In this document: one piece after another, positions 21,596 to 31,859 of the stretch
How the letters are laid out: each line of letters starts with the position of its first letter
How positions within the stretch are numbered: position 1 is the first letter of the stretch
Source: an uncultured Clostridia bacterium
Lineage (GTDB): Bacteria; Bacillota; Clostridia; TANB77; CAG-508
NCBI GenBank assembly: GCA_947627595.1
Contig: CANQWQ010000006.1
Coordinates: forward strand, 5,189-69,188
Direction of reading: 5' to 3'
DNA: 64,000 nt
Translations under genes and position numbers: made by a program
Notes under the pieces: model-generated
The model's input: the letters and a program-made list of their open reading frames with translations, nothing else
What the model was told of the DNA's origin: nothing
The model's database searches: none

Positions 21596-22177
21596 TTATT
21601 TAACTTTCTCAATTTGTTTTAAAGCCATTTCTAAGGCTTTCATATTTCCGTCAATAACTTCAGGTTTTTTAGCAAATTTATGTTTAAAAGAACCTACCAT
21701 GTCATTTAAGAAATCTTCATCACTCATAACACCGCTAACTTTAACAATAGCAGCAAGCATTGGAGTATTAGGAAAATACTTTCCTAGTGCTTCAATAGAG
21801 ATTCCTCTAGCATCAATTTTGTAAACTGAGCCATTGTAGTTCTTTAATTTCTTCATTATTTCATCACTTGTTTTTGTAGAGTTTATAATAATAGCTCCAC
21901 TTTCTTTAAGACCTGCTGTAACATCTACGCAATCAAGTAATGTATCGTCTACTACAACAACATAATCTGGTTCATAGATATTACTGTGAATAGTAATTGG
22001 ATTGTTGCTTATACGGTTATATGCAACAATTGGTGCACCCATTCTTTCAGGACCATATTCAGGGAAACCTTGAATATATTTTCCTGTGTTAAAAGCTGCG
22101 TCAGCTAAAAGCAAAGACGCTGTTTTTGCACCTTGTCCACCTCTACCATGCCATCTAATTTCAATTAAATCTTTCAT
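21596..22177 (-). CDS. porC: pyruvate:ferredoxin oxidoreductase gamma subunit
   Basis: HGRGGQG and YGPERMGAP motifs. Confidence 0.93.
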   Translation of the reverse strand: MKDLIEIRWHGRGGQGAKTASLLLADAAFNTGKYIQGFPEYGPERMGAPIVAYNRISNNPITIHSNIYEPDYVVVVDDTLLDCVDVTAGLKESGAIIINSTKTSDEIMKKLKNYNGSVYKIDARGISIEALGKYFPNTPMLAAIVKVSGVMSDEDFLNDMVGSFKHKFAKKPEVIDGNMKALEMALKQIEKVK

Positions 22178-22438
22178 AGTTTAAGTTTCCTTTCTTAAGA
22201 TTATTTTTTTGACAGCTACATTATAATCCATAAAAACTATAAAGTCAATGATAAAAAATCAATTGAAACTTGGGGAAATAAGGAAATTATAAAAAATATT
22301 ACAAAAATATTACAACTTTCATTGACTTTTGTTAAAAAAAAATATATTATAATAGAGTAATTTAGTTAAGCTATAAAAAGGAACAAATTATAAAACAAAA
22401 AACCAAACTGTATGCACAAATTTTAAGGGGGAAAATAT

Positions 22439-23236
22439 ATGGGAGAGGTTATAGTTATTACATCAGGCAAAGGTGGCGTTGGAAAAACAACTACTACAGC
22501 AAATTTGGGCTCAGCTTTAGCATCAGCAGGAAAGAAAGTTGCTCTTGTTGATACTGATATAGGGCTTAGAAATTTAGACATCGTTATGGGCTTAGAGAAT
22601 AGAATCGTTTTCAACTTAGTTGACGTTATCAAAGAAAAATGCAAATTAAGACAAGCTTTAATCAAACACAAAAAATTTAACGATTTATATTTGCTTCCAG
22701 CGGCACAAACAGAAGATAAAACTACAGTTACAGAAGAACAAATGAAAGATTTAATAGGAAAACTAAAGGCTGAATTTGATTATGTTTTAATTGATTGTCC
22801 AGCTGGAATTGAGCAAGGCTTCAAAAACGCAATTGCTGGCGCAGACAGAGCTTTAGTTGTTACTACAGCTGAAATCTCTTCAATTAGAGATGCTGATAGA
22901 ATTATTGGACTTTTGGAATCATCATCAATCAAAAACCCAGAATTAATAGTAAACAGACTTCGTCCTTCAATGGTAAGACGTGGCGAAATGATGGATGTCG
23001 ATGACATCGTTGATTTATTATCAATAGACTTAATCGGCGTAGTACCAGATGACGAAAATATTATAATTCAAACCAATAAAGGAGAACCTGTAATCACTAA
23101 TAAGAAAGCCCCTTCTGGAAAAGCTTATATTGAAATTTCAAGAAGAATATTAGGCGAAAATATAGAGGTTACTGTTCCGGGAAAGGAAAAAGGCTTTTTC
23201 GCTAAATTAAAAAGATTATTTAAAAAGGATAATTAG
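22439..23236 (+). CDS. minD: septum site-determining ATPase MinD
   Basis: SGKGGVGKTT, DIGLRNLD, DCPAGIEQGF, C-terminal amphipathic helix. Confidence 0.96.
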   Translation: MGEVIVITSGKGGVGKTTTTANLGSALASAGKKVALVDTDIGLRNLDIVMGLENRIVFNLVDVIKEKCKLRQALIKHKKFNDLYLLPAAQTEDKTTVTEEQMKDLIGKLKAEFDYVLIDCPAGIEQGFKNAIAGADRALVVTTAEISSIRDADRIIGLLESSSIKNPELIVNRLRPSMVRRGEMMDVDDIVDLLSIDLIGVVPDDENIIIQTNKGEPVITNKKAPSGKAYIEISRRILGENIEVTVPGKEKGFFAKLKRLFKKDN

Positions 23237-23261
23237 ATTTAAATTAGTGGAGGTATTATAA

Positions 23262-24272
23262 ATGGCAATGTTTGAAAATATTGGGGTATTTTTCAAAAGA
23301 TTCATGCAAAACGAGAAAAAAGAATTGTTAGCCGAAAATACTGTTTCACAGTCTAAAGACACTGCGAAAGATAGATTACACGTAGTTCTTATGCAAGATA
23401 GAGCTAATGTTTCTGCAGATTTTCTTGAATTAATGAAAGAAGAAATTATAGAAGTTATCAAAAAATATATAGTTGTTGACGAATCAAAAATAGATGTTAG
23501 ACTTACAAACGAAGAAAATGAAGACGGAAGTATTGGTGCGCCACTATTACATGCAAATATACCTATTTTAAATATTAGAAATGATTTAAAAGGTGAAATG
23601 TATAATACATCTTCATCAGAAAGTGATTCTGAAGATGTATCAGAAACTGAAGTTGAAAATGTTTCAGAAGCTGAAGAAACTGAAGAAGTTAAAACTGAAA
23701 ACGAAGCTGAAACTGTTTTAGAAACTGAGAAAGTTGAAACTGAAAATGAAGTTGAAGCCGAAATTGAACCTGAAAATGTTTCAGAAAAAACAGTAGAAGA
23801 TGTTTTAGAAAATATTGAAAATCCTGATGATACTGAAAAAACTCAAACAATTGATGTTATAAAAGAAGATGAAATTAATTCTGAAGAAAATCTTGAAGAT
23901 AATTCTGAGCCTGAAGAAATTATAGAAGATGAAACAGAACAAAAAGAAGTAGAAGAAACTCAAGAGCCAGAACAACCAGAAGTTGTTGAAAGTGAAGAAG
24001 TAAGCCAAGAAGAAACTACTGAGAGTGATAGCGAAAGCGAAGATATTAAAGATAATTCTGAAAGTGAAGAAGATGACGAAGAAGACGATGATGATGTTAC
24101 ATTTGATGATTTATTAAAAGCAGCTGAAGAGGAAGAAGAAAGATTAAAACAATTAGAAGAAAATAAAGATTCAGAAGATAAAGAGAAAAAAGAAAATAAA
24201 CCTAAAAATACTACTTCAAAATCAAGTAATGGTAAAAAGAAAAAGAAAACTTCAAAATCAAAAAGAAAATAA
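23262..24272 (+). CDS. minE: MinE with ~220-aa acidic low-complexity extension
   Basis: SKDTAKDRLHVVLMQDR..EIIEVIKKYI..LHANIPI; lies between minD and rodA. Confidence 0.85.
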   Translation: MAMFENIGVFFKRFMQNEKKELLAENTVSQSKDTAKDRLHVVLMQDRANVSADFLELMKEEIIEVIKKYIVVDESKIDVRLTNEENEDGSIGAPLLHANIPILNIRNDLKGEMYNTSSSESDSEDVSETEVENVSEAEETEEVKTENEAETVLETEKVETENEVEAEIEPENVSEKTVEDVLENIENPDDTEKTQTIDVIKEDEINSEENLEDNSEPEEIIEDETEQKEVEETQEPEQPEVVESEEVSQEETTESDSESEDIKDNSESEEDDEEDDDDVTFDDLLKAAEEEEERLKQLEENKDSEDKEKKENKPKNTTSKSSNGKKKKKTSKSKRK

Positions 24273-24286
24273 TTAAGAGGTTTTAA

Positions 24287-25417
24287 ATGAGAGAAAAGAG
24301 ATTTAAAAATACTGATTGGGTAGTTTTAATAATAAGTTTAGCTTTACTCGGAATTGGACTTGTAGCTCTTTATTCTGCAACTTTAAATACTGAGTTTTTA
24401 GAATTTAAAAAACAAATTCAATGGGCACTTATAAGTGTTCCATTTCTTATACTTGTTTATTTTATAGATTATAAATTTTTCGTAAAATTTACACCAGTTA
24501 TTTATATGATATTTATAGCTTTACTGGTGGGTGTTTTATTTATGGAACCGATTCATGGTGCGAGAAGCTGGTATAAATTCGGAGAATCGTTTGCAATTCA
24601 ACCATCAGAGCTTGCTAAAATCATTGTTATAATGTTTATGTCATTTGTTTTATACAAATTGCAATTAAAAGGAAAGAGAGAAATAAACAAGCCTTGGAAG
24701 TTAATAACTTATTTTGCTTTTTGGGGCTTGCCTATATTTTTGATTTATAAACAGCCAGATTTAGGAACTGCCTTATCTTATGTTACAGCAATGTTGTTTA
24801 TGTTATTTGTTTCTGGTTTAGATAAAAAATATATGGTTGTGGCAATTGTAGCTGTTGTTTTACTTACCCCTTATGTAGTTGAACATTTACCAGCACATGC
24901 CAGAGCCAGAATTGAGATTTTTAAGGATCCTGAGAGTGATCCAAGAGGAATGGGTTATAACTTAATTCAATCTAGATTAGCAATTGGTGCAGGCCAATTT
25001 TTAGGAATGGGATTTCTTAAAGGAAACCAAACACAGCTAGGTTATCTTTCTCCTAAAACTACAGATTTTATTTATTCTGTAATTGGGGAAGAAATGGGAT
25101 TTGTTGTTTCTAGCACAATTGTTGTTTTATATGTTATTCTGATAACCAAAGCTATTGGAATTGGTAAAAATGCTGAAGATAGCATAGGTTCTTATATTGC
25201 TTGTGGAATCGCTGGAATATTCTTCTTCCACATGGTTGAAAATATAGGAATGACGATTGGACTTCTTCCAATAACTGGTGTTCCGCTTCCATTTGTTAGT
25301 TATGGAGGTAGTTCACTTATAACAAACTTTATATGTATAGGACTTTTATTAAATATTAGTTCTAGAAGAAAAAAAGGCTTATCATATAATAGCAAATTTA
25401 ATATGTATGGAAACTAG
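24287..25417 (+). CDS. rodA: rod shape-determining SEDS protein RodA
   Basis: QPSE, QPDLGT, TDFI and PITGVPLPFVSYGGSS motifs. Confidence 0.92.
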   Translation: MREKRFKNTDWVVLIISLALLGIGLVALYSATLNTEFLEFKKQIQWALISVPFLILVYFIDYKFFVKFTPVIYMIFIALLVGVLFMEPIHGARSWYKFGESFAIQPSELAKIIVIMFMSFVLYKLQLKGKREINKPWKLITYFAFWGLPIFLIYKQPDLGTALSYVTAMLFMLFVSGLDKKYMVVAIVAVVLLTPYVVEHLPAHARARIEIFKDPESDPRGMGYNLIQSRLAIGAGQFLGMGFLKGNQTQLGYLSPKTTDFIYSVIGEEMGFVVSSTIVVLYVILITKAIGIGKNAEDSIGSYIACGIAGIFFFHMVENIGMTIGLLPITGVPLPFVSYGGSSLITNFICIGLLLNISSRRKKGLSYNSKFNMYGN

Positions 25418-25420
25418 AAA

Positions 25421-25451
25421 TTGGGAAAAGGGGACAGTCCCCTTTTCCCAA
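25421..25451. repeat. REP-like palindrome copy 1
   Basis: TTGGGAAAAGGGGACAGTCCCCTTTTCCCAA. Confidence 0.85.
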
Positions 25452-25472
25452 AATTTTAAATAAGGAAATTTT

Positions 25473-26430
25473 ATGTATTATAAGAAGTTGAAGATTCGGA
25501 GATGTCGAACTCGAGAATAATTTAATATTAGCGCCGATGGCTGGAGTTACAGATTTGCCTTTTAGAAAAATTACTAAAAAATATGGAAATCCTCGGTCTT
25601 GTTTGTAATGAAATGGTTAGTAGTAAAGCGATTTGCTATGAAGATCAAAAGACTTTTGAAATGTTAAAAACAATTGATGAAAAACCAATTTCAATGCAGA
25701 TTTTTGGAAGTGAGCCTGAATCTATGGGAAAAGCTGCTGTCGTGGTTAGCAAGCTTTGTGATATTTTAGATATAAATATGGGTTGTCCAGCTCCAAAAGT
25801 TGTTAAAAATGGAGATGGAAGCAAGCTTTTGACAGATTTAGATTTAGCAAGAGCTGTTATTCGAGAAGTTGTTAAAAATTCTTCAAAACCTGTTACATTA
25901 AAAATTAGAAAAGGCTGGAGTAATGAAAATATTGTTCATAAAGAGATTTCAAAAATCGCTGAAGAAGAGGGAGTAAAAGCGATAATTGTTCATGGAAGAA
26001 CTAGACAAGAATTTTATTCTCGGACAAGCTGATTGGACTGCTATAAAAGAAGTTAAAGAAACAGTTTCAATCCCAGTAATTCGGAAATGGTGATATAGTT
26101 GATGAAGATTCTGCTTTAAGAGTTTTTGAAGAAACTGGCTGTGATGGAATAATGATTGGAAGAGGTTCTTTAGGAAATCCATGGATATTTAGTCGAATTT
26201 CGTACTTTTTGAAAACAGGCGAAAAATTGCCACCTATTTCAGATGAAGAAAAATTTGATGTTTTAAAAGAACATTTTGAATTGCTTTTAGCGGAAAAAGG
26301 CGAATATACTGCAACAAGAGAAATTAGAAAATTTGTTGCTTGGTATGTTAAAGGGATGCCAGATGCTAAGCGATTTAAAGGAAAAATGAATACTATAAAT
26401 ACTGTTCAAGATTTTTATAATATATTTTAA
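25473..26430 (+). CDS. dusB: tRNA-dihydrouridine synthase DusB, joined by four +1 shifts at CGG 25497, 25594, 26021 and 26082 (317 aa)
   Basis: Joined product gives LKIGDVEL..LAPMAGVTD..NEMVS..DINMGCP..HGRTRQEFYSGQADW..IPVIGNGDI..MIGRG..GNPWIF. Confidence 0.9.
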
Positions 26431-26467
26431 ACCTTTTTGCATAAATTTTAGCAAGGAGGTTTTTATT

Positions 26468-27064
26468 TTGGGAAAAAAATACATAATTTTGGCGGTAAGT
26501 TTAGTTTTAATTTTTTCTTTTTTTTATTATAAAAATCAAAAACTGGGAAATAATATAATTAAATTAAGTGAAGAAAAGATTATTGAAGATATTTTAAATA
26601 GTAAATTAAAATATGATGCAAAAATTAAAGTAAAAGTTTATAGTAATAAAAATGAAAATGAATATAATTTGAAAATTAAAGAAGATGGTAAAAATAACTT
26701 TCTTGAAGTGACTGGAAAGAAAGACGTTTCAGGCTTGCTAATAGAAAATAAAAATGGAAATTTAGTTATAAAAAATAGCAAGTTAAAGCTAGAAAAACTG
26801 TATGAAAATTATAGAGAATTTACAGATAACAGCTTATTTTTAAGCACTTTTGTAGAAGAATATGAAAAAGCAAAAGAGAAAGAAATAATAGAGGAAAATG
26901 GCGAAATTGTAGTAAAAATCGAATTGAAAAATTATAATAAATACATAAAATATAAGGAACTTTATTTAGACAAAAAAACGGGAAAGCCAGTAAAATTGCT
27001 AGTAAAAGATAGTAGCAAACAAGAAAAATTGAGCATAAAATATATAAATATCGAAATATCATAA
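26468..27064 (+). CDS. GerS-related/LolA-like membrane-anchored protein
   Basis: N-terminal TM; Y.A...V.VYSNKNENEY motif; upstream of ndoA as in clostridial gerS loci. Confidence 0.55.
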   Translation: MGKKYIILAVSLVLIFSFFYYKNQKLGNNIIKLSEEKIIEDILNSKLKYDAKIKVKVYSNKNENEYNLKIKEDGKNNFLEVTGKKDVSGLLIENKNGNLVIKNSKLKLEKLYENYREFTDNSLFLSTFVEEYEKAKEKEIIEENGEIVVKIELKNYNKYIKYKELYLDKKTGKPVKLLVKDSSKQEKLSIKYINIEIS

Positions 27065-27110
27065 ATTAAAATATATTCAATAATTCAATTTTAATTGTAA
27101 CAAATTAGGA

Positions 27111-27464
27111 GTGAATATTATGGTAATAAAAAGAGGAGATATGTTTTATGCAGATTTAAGCCCAGTTGTTGGCTCAGAGCAGGGAGGAATAAGACCGGTT
27201 TTGATAATACAAAATGACACAGGAAATAAATACAGCCCAACTGTAATTGCAGCAGCGATTACATCCCAAACTGGAAAAGCTAAACTTCCTACACACATTG
27301 AAATTTCATCAAGTAACAATGGGTTAAAAGCTGATTCTGTTGTTTTAACTGAACAAATTAGAACAATAGATAAAAGTAGATTAAAAGAAAAGATAGGACA
27401 TATAGAAGATGGAAAGATAATGGATAAAGTTAATGGTGCAATAGGAATAAGTTTCGGATTATAA
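27111..27464 (+). CDS. ndoA: MazF/PemK family endoribonuclease NdoA
   Basis: [36 protein letters not shown]. Confidence 0.92.
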   Translation: MNIMVIKRGDMFYADLSPVVGSEQGGIRPVLIIQNDTGNKYSPTVIAAAITSQTGKAKLPTHIEISSSNNGLKADSVVLTEQIRTIDKSRLKEKIGHIEDGKIMDKVNGAIGISFGL

Positions 27465-27505
27465 TAAAATCCCTCAGTAGTTCTTTTGCTGAGGGATTTT
27501 TTATA

Positions 27506-27982
27506 TTATTTTTGATATTTACTTATTATTTCATCTAAAATTTTAATACTTTTTCCTGTCTTTGAATATATGGTACAATAATACATTGTTTTGTTATTTG
27601 TTTCTTTTATTTCATTAAAAACAACTTCTATATCATTTTTTACGTTAGCATCTTTCATTTTTTCTTTATCTTCTGAATCAATAGAAAAATAAATTTTATA
27701 AGATATATCTTTGTACGTTTTAGGTGTTTCTAATTTATCTAACTCAACATCAACAACTTCATCATTCAGATTTAGTATTTTCATAATATTAATTTTATCA
27801 TTATTAGAAATATTTTTTAGATCAACATTATTTGTTCCATATAGCCAATACATTATATATACATATAAAAAAATAATTATAATAATAGGAATACATATAA
27901 GAATTAGTAATATTCTTTTATTAAATTTAATAATCTTTTTTTCTTCTGTCTCTATATCTGTTTCATTCATATTTTTTCTCAT
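27506..27982 (-). CDS. hypothetical membrane-anchored protein
   Basis: Single N-terminal TM; very AT-rich; convergent terminator with ndoA. Confidence 0.55.
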   Translation of the reverse strand: MRKNMNETDIETEEKKIIKFNKRILLILICIPIIIIIFLYVYIMYWLYGTNNVDLKNISNNDKINIMKILNLNDEVVDVELDKLETPKTYKDISYKIYFSIDSEDKEKMKDANVKNDIEVVFNEIKETNNKTMYYCTIYSKTGKSIKILDEIISKYQK

Positions 27983-28366
27983 ATAAAAACTTAATAATAA
28001 TCAATATAACTAACATATACAAATATTATACTAATTCAATATAAAATAATCAACTAAAATAAACGTTAAAAAACTGTGTTCTAAAACCGTTGTTACTCTA
28101 AGTTTATAGAAATAATAAGTCAGCATAAGCCAGCAAAAATTGATTTTTTATAATTTTTTAATATTTTTAAATTCTTGTGACCTTATGGTGACCTTATCAC
28201 ATAAAAAACGAACATTTTTTTGAATGCCGAAAAACCTAAAATGATTAATACGTCTGCACTTCAGCAATTTTTATAAAATTCATTTAAAATCAGAAAATTT
28301 AAAAATAAAAAATCTCTGCATCCCTACAGAGAAAAGAAAAAAGCGGGTTTTCTTCAAACCCGCCAA

Positions 28367-28449
28367 TGGTGCGGGCGAGAGGACTTGAACCCCCACGGTT
28401 GCCCACTAGATCCTAAGTCTAGCGCGTCTGCCAGTTTCGCCACGCCCGC
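28367..28449 (-). tRNA. tRNA-Leu (TAG)
   Basis: Reverse strand GCGGGCGTGGCG..CTAGA-CTTAGGA-TCTAG, long variable arm, GGTTCAAGTCC, CCA end. Confidence 0.93.
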
Positions 28450-28646
28450 GATTAACAATAATTATATTAACACTTTAAATCAATATTGTCAAGAGTTTTA
28501 ATAAAAATTGATTATATTACATTAAAATGCAAGATTTGAAGTATTACATAAAATATGGTATACTTATTATAATTGCAGGAATAACCCTGCAAACACTCTA
28601 AAGAGTGTAGTACATTGAAAACGCCAATATGGCAGGAGGAAAAGTT

Positions 28647-29162
28647 ATGAATAGGTATGAAGCATTAGTTGTCACTGGAAGACTCGAAGTTATTTTTGCA
28701 GGCGACAAAAAGATTCTGGAGGAGGTTAAGGCACTACAGGAACATATCGTGAATGGTAACTTTGTTGGTTTGGCGATTACGTTAGGTAGGCTGGATGCAC
28801 TACCAAAACCACGCAATAAAAACATGGGAAAGCAACTGGAGGATCTTGTCAGATATTTTATATCTGATGATGCGATAATGGAGGAGCAAAAAACTAAAAG
28901 AATTGAGGATATCGATTGGGAGAATCGGACATATTTTATCTTACATAAATGTGGCCTTAAAACCGTTGGAGATATCCTAAAACTGGATGGAAGCGACCTT
29001 CTCAATATGAAATTCTCGCAGAAACGCGTATCGGAAGTTACTGCTGCGATGAAAAATCTTGGATTTTATGAGTGGGCCTGTGTTACTGAAGCCAATTACA
29101 AAAATGCCTTAGAGTTTGAAAGACTGCTAGAGGAAAGTGATTTTGGGGCAGATGCTGACTGA
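28647..29162 (+). CDS. protein with RNA polymerase alpha-CTD-like helix-hairpin-helix domain
   Basis: IEDIDWENRTYFILHKCGLKTVGDILKL..DLLNMK matches the alpha-CTD pattern; AGGAGG RBS before ATG 28647. Confidence 0.6.
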   Translation: MNRYEALVVTGRLEVIFAGDKKILEEVKALQEHIVNGNFVGLAITLGRLDALPKPRNKNMGKQLEDLVRYFISDDAIMEEQKTKRIEDIDWENRTYFILHKCGLKTVGDILKLDGSDLLNMKFSQKRVSEVTAAMKNLGFYEWACVTEANYKNALEFERLLEESDFGADAD

Positions 29163-29171
29163 TTTTTTAAA

Positions 29172-29452
29172 AACTGTTGATTCCTTTTATAGTAACTGTT
29201 GACCAATTTTTGAAAATCGCTGATTTCTTTTACGGCAATTGTTGACTTGTTTTGTTGTGATAATTATTGACTGATTTTGAGATAACTGTTGATTTTTCTA
29301 CAGCAACTGTTGACTGATTTTGTGAAAACCGTTGATTTCTTTTACGGTGATTATTGACTTGTTTTGCGTAACTGTTGATTTTTTGCAGCAACTGTTGACT
29401 GTTTTTTATTATAACTGATGATTCTTTTACGGTAACTGTTGACTAGTTTTTT
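29172..29452. repeat. degenerate tandem array, 13 units of 20-25 bp, core AACTGTTGA(C/T)T
   Basis: Units counted directly; mean period about 22 bp. Confidence 0.85.
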
Positions 29453-29665
29453 GAAAGCTATTCTTACTGTCATATACAGTAGTTTTCAAAAAAAGCACCT
29501 TTCATTAGGGTGCTTTTTTCATTATTTAGATTTTTTAATAATTAATAAAAAATATATTGACAAGTAAAAATATTTAAATTATAATGCAAACAAAAGTTCT
29601 AATAAATTAAATATAGCTTATAAATAATAGTATATGTAGCAAAAATTAAAATTTATAAAAAGGAT

Positions 29666-30034
29666 GTGTTGTTAATGAAAGATGATAAACTAGAAACAAT
29701 TTCAAATTTGTTTGAAGATAAGGAAATTAGAAGTATTTGGGATGGTGAAAAAGAAGAATATTATTTTAGTGTTGTTGATGTTATTGGAGCGTTAACTAAT
29801 AGTGGTGACGCTAGAAAATACTGGTCAGTTCTAAAATTAAGATTAAAAAAAGAGGGATCTGAGTTGACTACAAAATGTAGTCAACTGAAATTAAAAGCAA
29901 AAGATGGAAAATTTTATAGTACGGATACTTTAGATACAAAAGGAATTTTAAGACTTATCGAATCTGTTCTTAACCATATTAAAATAGCGCTACCTTCTTT
30001 AAGTAGCGCTTTTATTTTAAAAATAATTCTTTAA
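29666..30034 (+). pseudogene. truncated Bro-N domain protein
   Basis: IRSIWD..YYFSVVDV..ARKYW..LKAKDGK..ILRLIESV, then abrupt loss of homology at the TA terminator. Confidence 0.7.
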
Positions 30035-30320
30035 TTAGTTTTTTGAATGCTTTATTATAATCTTGTGAAGCATGAATCAATGCTAAAATTCTAATTTCAT
30101 TTCCTACAACAGAGTATAAAATTTTGTGCTTTTCATATATTACTTGTCTAATTTGATAAGAATTAAAGTCTAAAATATGTTTACCTAAATTATTATTATC
30201 AATTAAATGATTAGTAAAATTAAATAAATTATTTACATATTCCATAGGACTATAAATCTTTGTAATTTCTAAAAAGTCTTTTAAGTTTTGTATTGCAAAA
30301 TTAGACCAATTGATTACCAT
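30012..30320 (-). CDS. RelE/ParE family toxin
   Basis: VINWS.FA..NL..IRQVIY.KHKILY..IRILALIH..QD pattern. Confidence 0.75.
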   Translation of the reverse strand: MVINWSNFAIQNLKDFLEITKIYSPMEYVNNLFNFTNHLIDNNNLGKHILDFNSYQIRQVIYEKHKILYSVVGNEIRILALIHASQDYNKAFKKLIKELFLK

Positions 30321-30487
30321 TTTTTAATCTCCTCTAATAGTTCTTCTTGTGAAATGAATTTACCATTTTCAAAATCTTTAATTCCTTGCATAACACTAAA
30401 AATAGTAATTAAAGCTTCTGAAATTTGTTCTTCAGTAGCATTATCTGGTAAATTATTAATAACTTGTAATACTAATTCTTTATTCAT
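30314..30487 (-). CDS. antitoxin cognate to the RelE/ParE toxin
   Basis: LPDNAT.E.I..GIKDFENGKFISQEE; overlaps toxin start. Confidence 0.75.
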   Translation of the reverse strand: MNKELVLQVINNLPDNATEEQISEALITIFSVMQGIKDFENGKFISQEELLEEIKKW

Positions 30488-30681
30488 AAATATATTCTCC
30501 TTTATGTAAGTGTTTCCCATAAATAATTATATAAACAATTATACTATACAAAATTAAATTTATCAACTGTTTGTTAATTAATGAAATATTTTGTTTGATT
30601 TTAAAAAATCCTCCCAATTTTGCTATGTTAACATAATTTTGATATACTCAATATAAAAACTCATAAAAGGGAGGAATAAAA

Positions 30682-31626
30682 ATGGAAATAGTAAAGAAAA
30701 TAAAAAGGTTGATGAGGAAGAAAAAAGTAACATTTGAAGAAATAACAGATGAGTGGCTAGAAATAAAAGAAATGGAAATAAAAAGAACAACATATTCAAA
30801 TTATGTCTACATAATGAGAAAGTACCTGTTTCCAACATATAAGGATCTAACATTAAAAGAACTGGAAAAATATGATTATAAGAACTTTACAAATACTTTA
30901 AGTAAAAACTTGTCACCTAAAACTACAAGAGATATATTGTGCGTACTAAAATCTATATTGCATTTTATAAAAAGAAGATATGGAGCAAAAATAGATTTAG
31001 AGAAAATAAAAGGCCCAAGATTAGATAATAAACCAGTGGTAATATTAAATGATGAAGAAATAAAGAAAATGGAAAAGTATTGCTTGAAGCAAAATAATCT
31101 AAAAAGTATAGGAGTTATTATGGCTCTAAATACAGGCTTACGAATAGGAGAGGTGTGCGGACTAAAATGGAAAAGAATAGATTTGGATAAAAAAGAAATA
31201 TATATAAAAAGAGTATTAGAAAGAGTGTACGTAGATAAAAATTTAAGTAAAACAAAATTAATAATGGAAGAACCAAAAACAAAATCATCAGTACGAAAAA
31301 TCCCAATCTCAAATAAGTTGTATGAAATATTAAAACCATTAAAGAATAAATACGAAAATGAGGACTTCTTTCTTACCGGAAAGAACAAAGGAATAGAACC
31401 AAATAGTTATGAAGATGTGTTTAAGGATTATCTAAAAGAAATAAAATTAAAACAAACATATACATTTCATATCCTGCGCCATACATTTGCAACAAAATGT
31501 CTAGAAAAAGGTATGGATATAAAAAGCTTAAGTGAAATTTTAGGCCATTCGAATGTAGAAATGACATTAAATAGATATGTTCATTCTTCATTTAAAATAA
31601 AGAAAAAATATTTAGATAGATTGTAA
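30682..31626 (+). CDS. tyrosine recombinase/integrase
   Basis: TGLRIGE, KT, HILRHTFAT and LGH..Y catalytic residues intact. Confidence 0.93.
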   Translation: MEIVKKIKRLMRKKKVTFEEITDEWLEIKEMEIKRTTYSNYVYIMRKYLFPTYKDLTLKELEKYDYKNFTNTLSKNLSPKTTRDILCVLKSILHFIKRRYGAKIDLEKIKGPRLDNKPVVILNDEEIKKMEKYCLKQNNLKSIGVIMALNTGLRIGEVCGLKWKRIDLDKKEIYIKRVLERVYVDKNLSKTKLIMEEPKTKSSVRKIPISNKLYEILKPLKNKYENEDFFLTGKNKGIEPNSYEDVFKDYLKEIKLKQTYTFHILRHTFATKCLEKGMDIKSLSEILGHSNVEMTLNRYVHSSFKIKKKYLDRL

Positions 31627-31632
31627 AAAAGA

Positions 31633-31832
31633 CTTTAAGTAAGGTACTTAAAGTCTTTTTTTCATAATTTAAGTGTAACATTAAAAATTATTTATTGCAA
31701 GTATTTAGTGCAATTTTTTTGACGAGAAAATATTGGAAAAAATGAAAATAATTTTTTAACTAGAAATCTATGTAAGTATTGAAATATAAGAATTTTCTAA
31801 AATTAAAAAACCTTTAAGTACCTTACTTAAAG
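31633..31832. promoter_or_regulatory. segment bounded by perfect 21-bp inverted repeats (candidate invertible switch)
   Basis: CTTTAAGTAAGGTACTTAAAG (31633-31653) and its reverse complement at 31812-31832. Confidence 0.5.
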
Positions 31833-31859
31833 ATATAGAAAAGTTTAAGGAGAAAACAA

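Noticed and set aside
20317..23461. Short antisense ORFs over por, minD and minE, and similar ones elsewhere
   Set aside because: Opposite well-supported genes, no RBS, composition typical of shadow frames.
29172..29452. CRISPR array
   Set aside because: Period of about 22 bp is too short, repeats are degenerate, there are no unique spacers and no cas genes.
29666..31626. Prophage
   Set aside because: Only a Bro-N fragment, a TA pair and a recombinase; no structural, packaging or replication genes.
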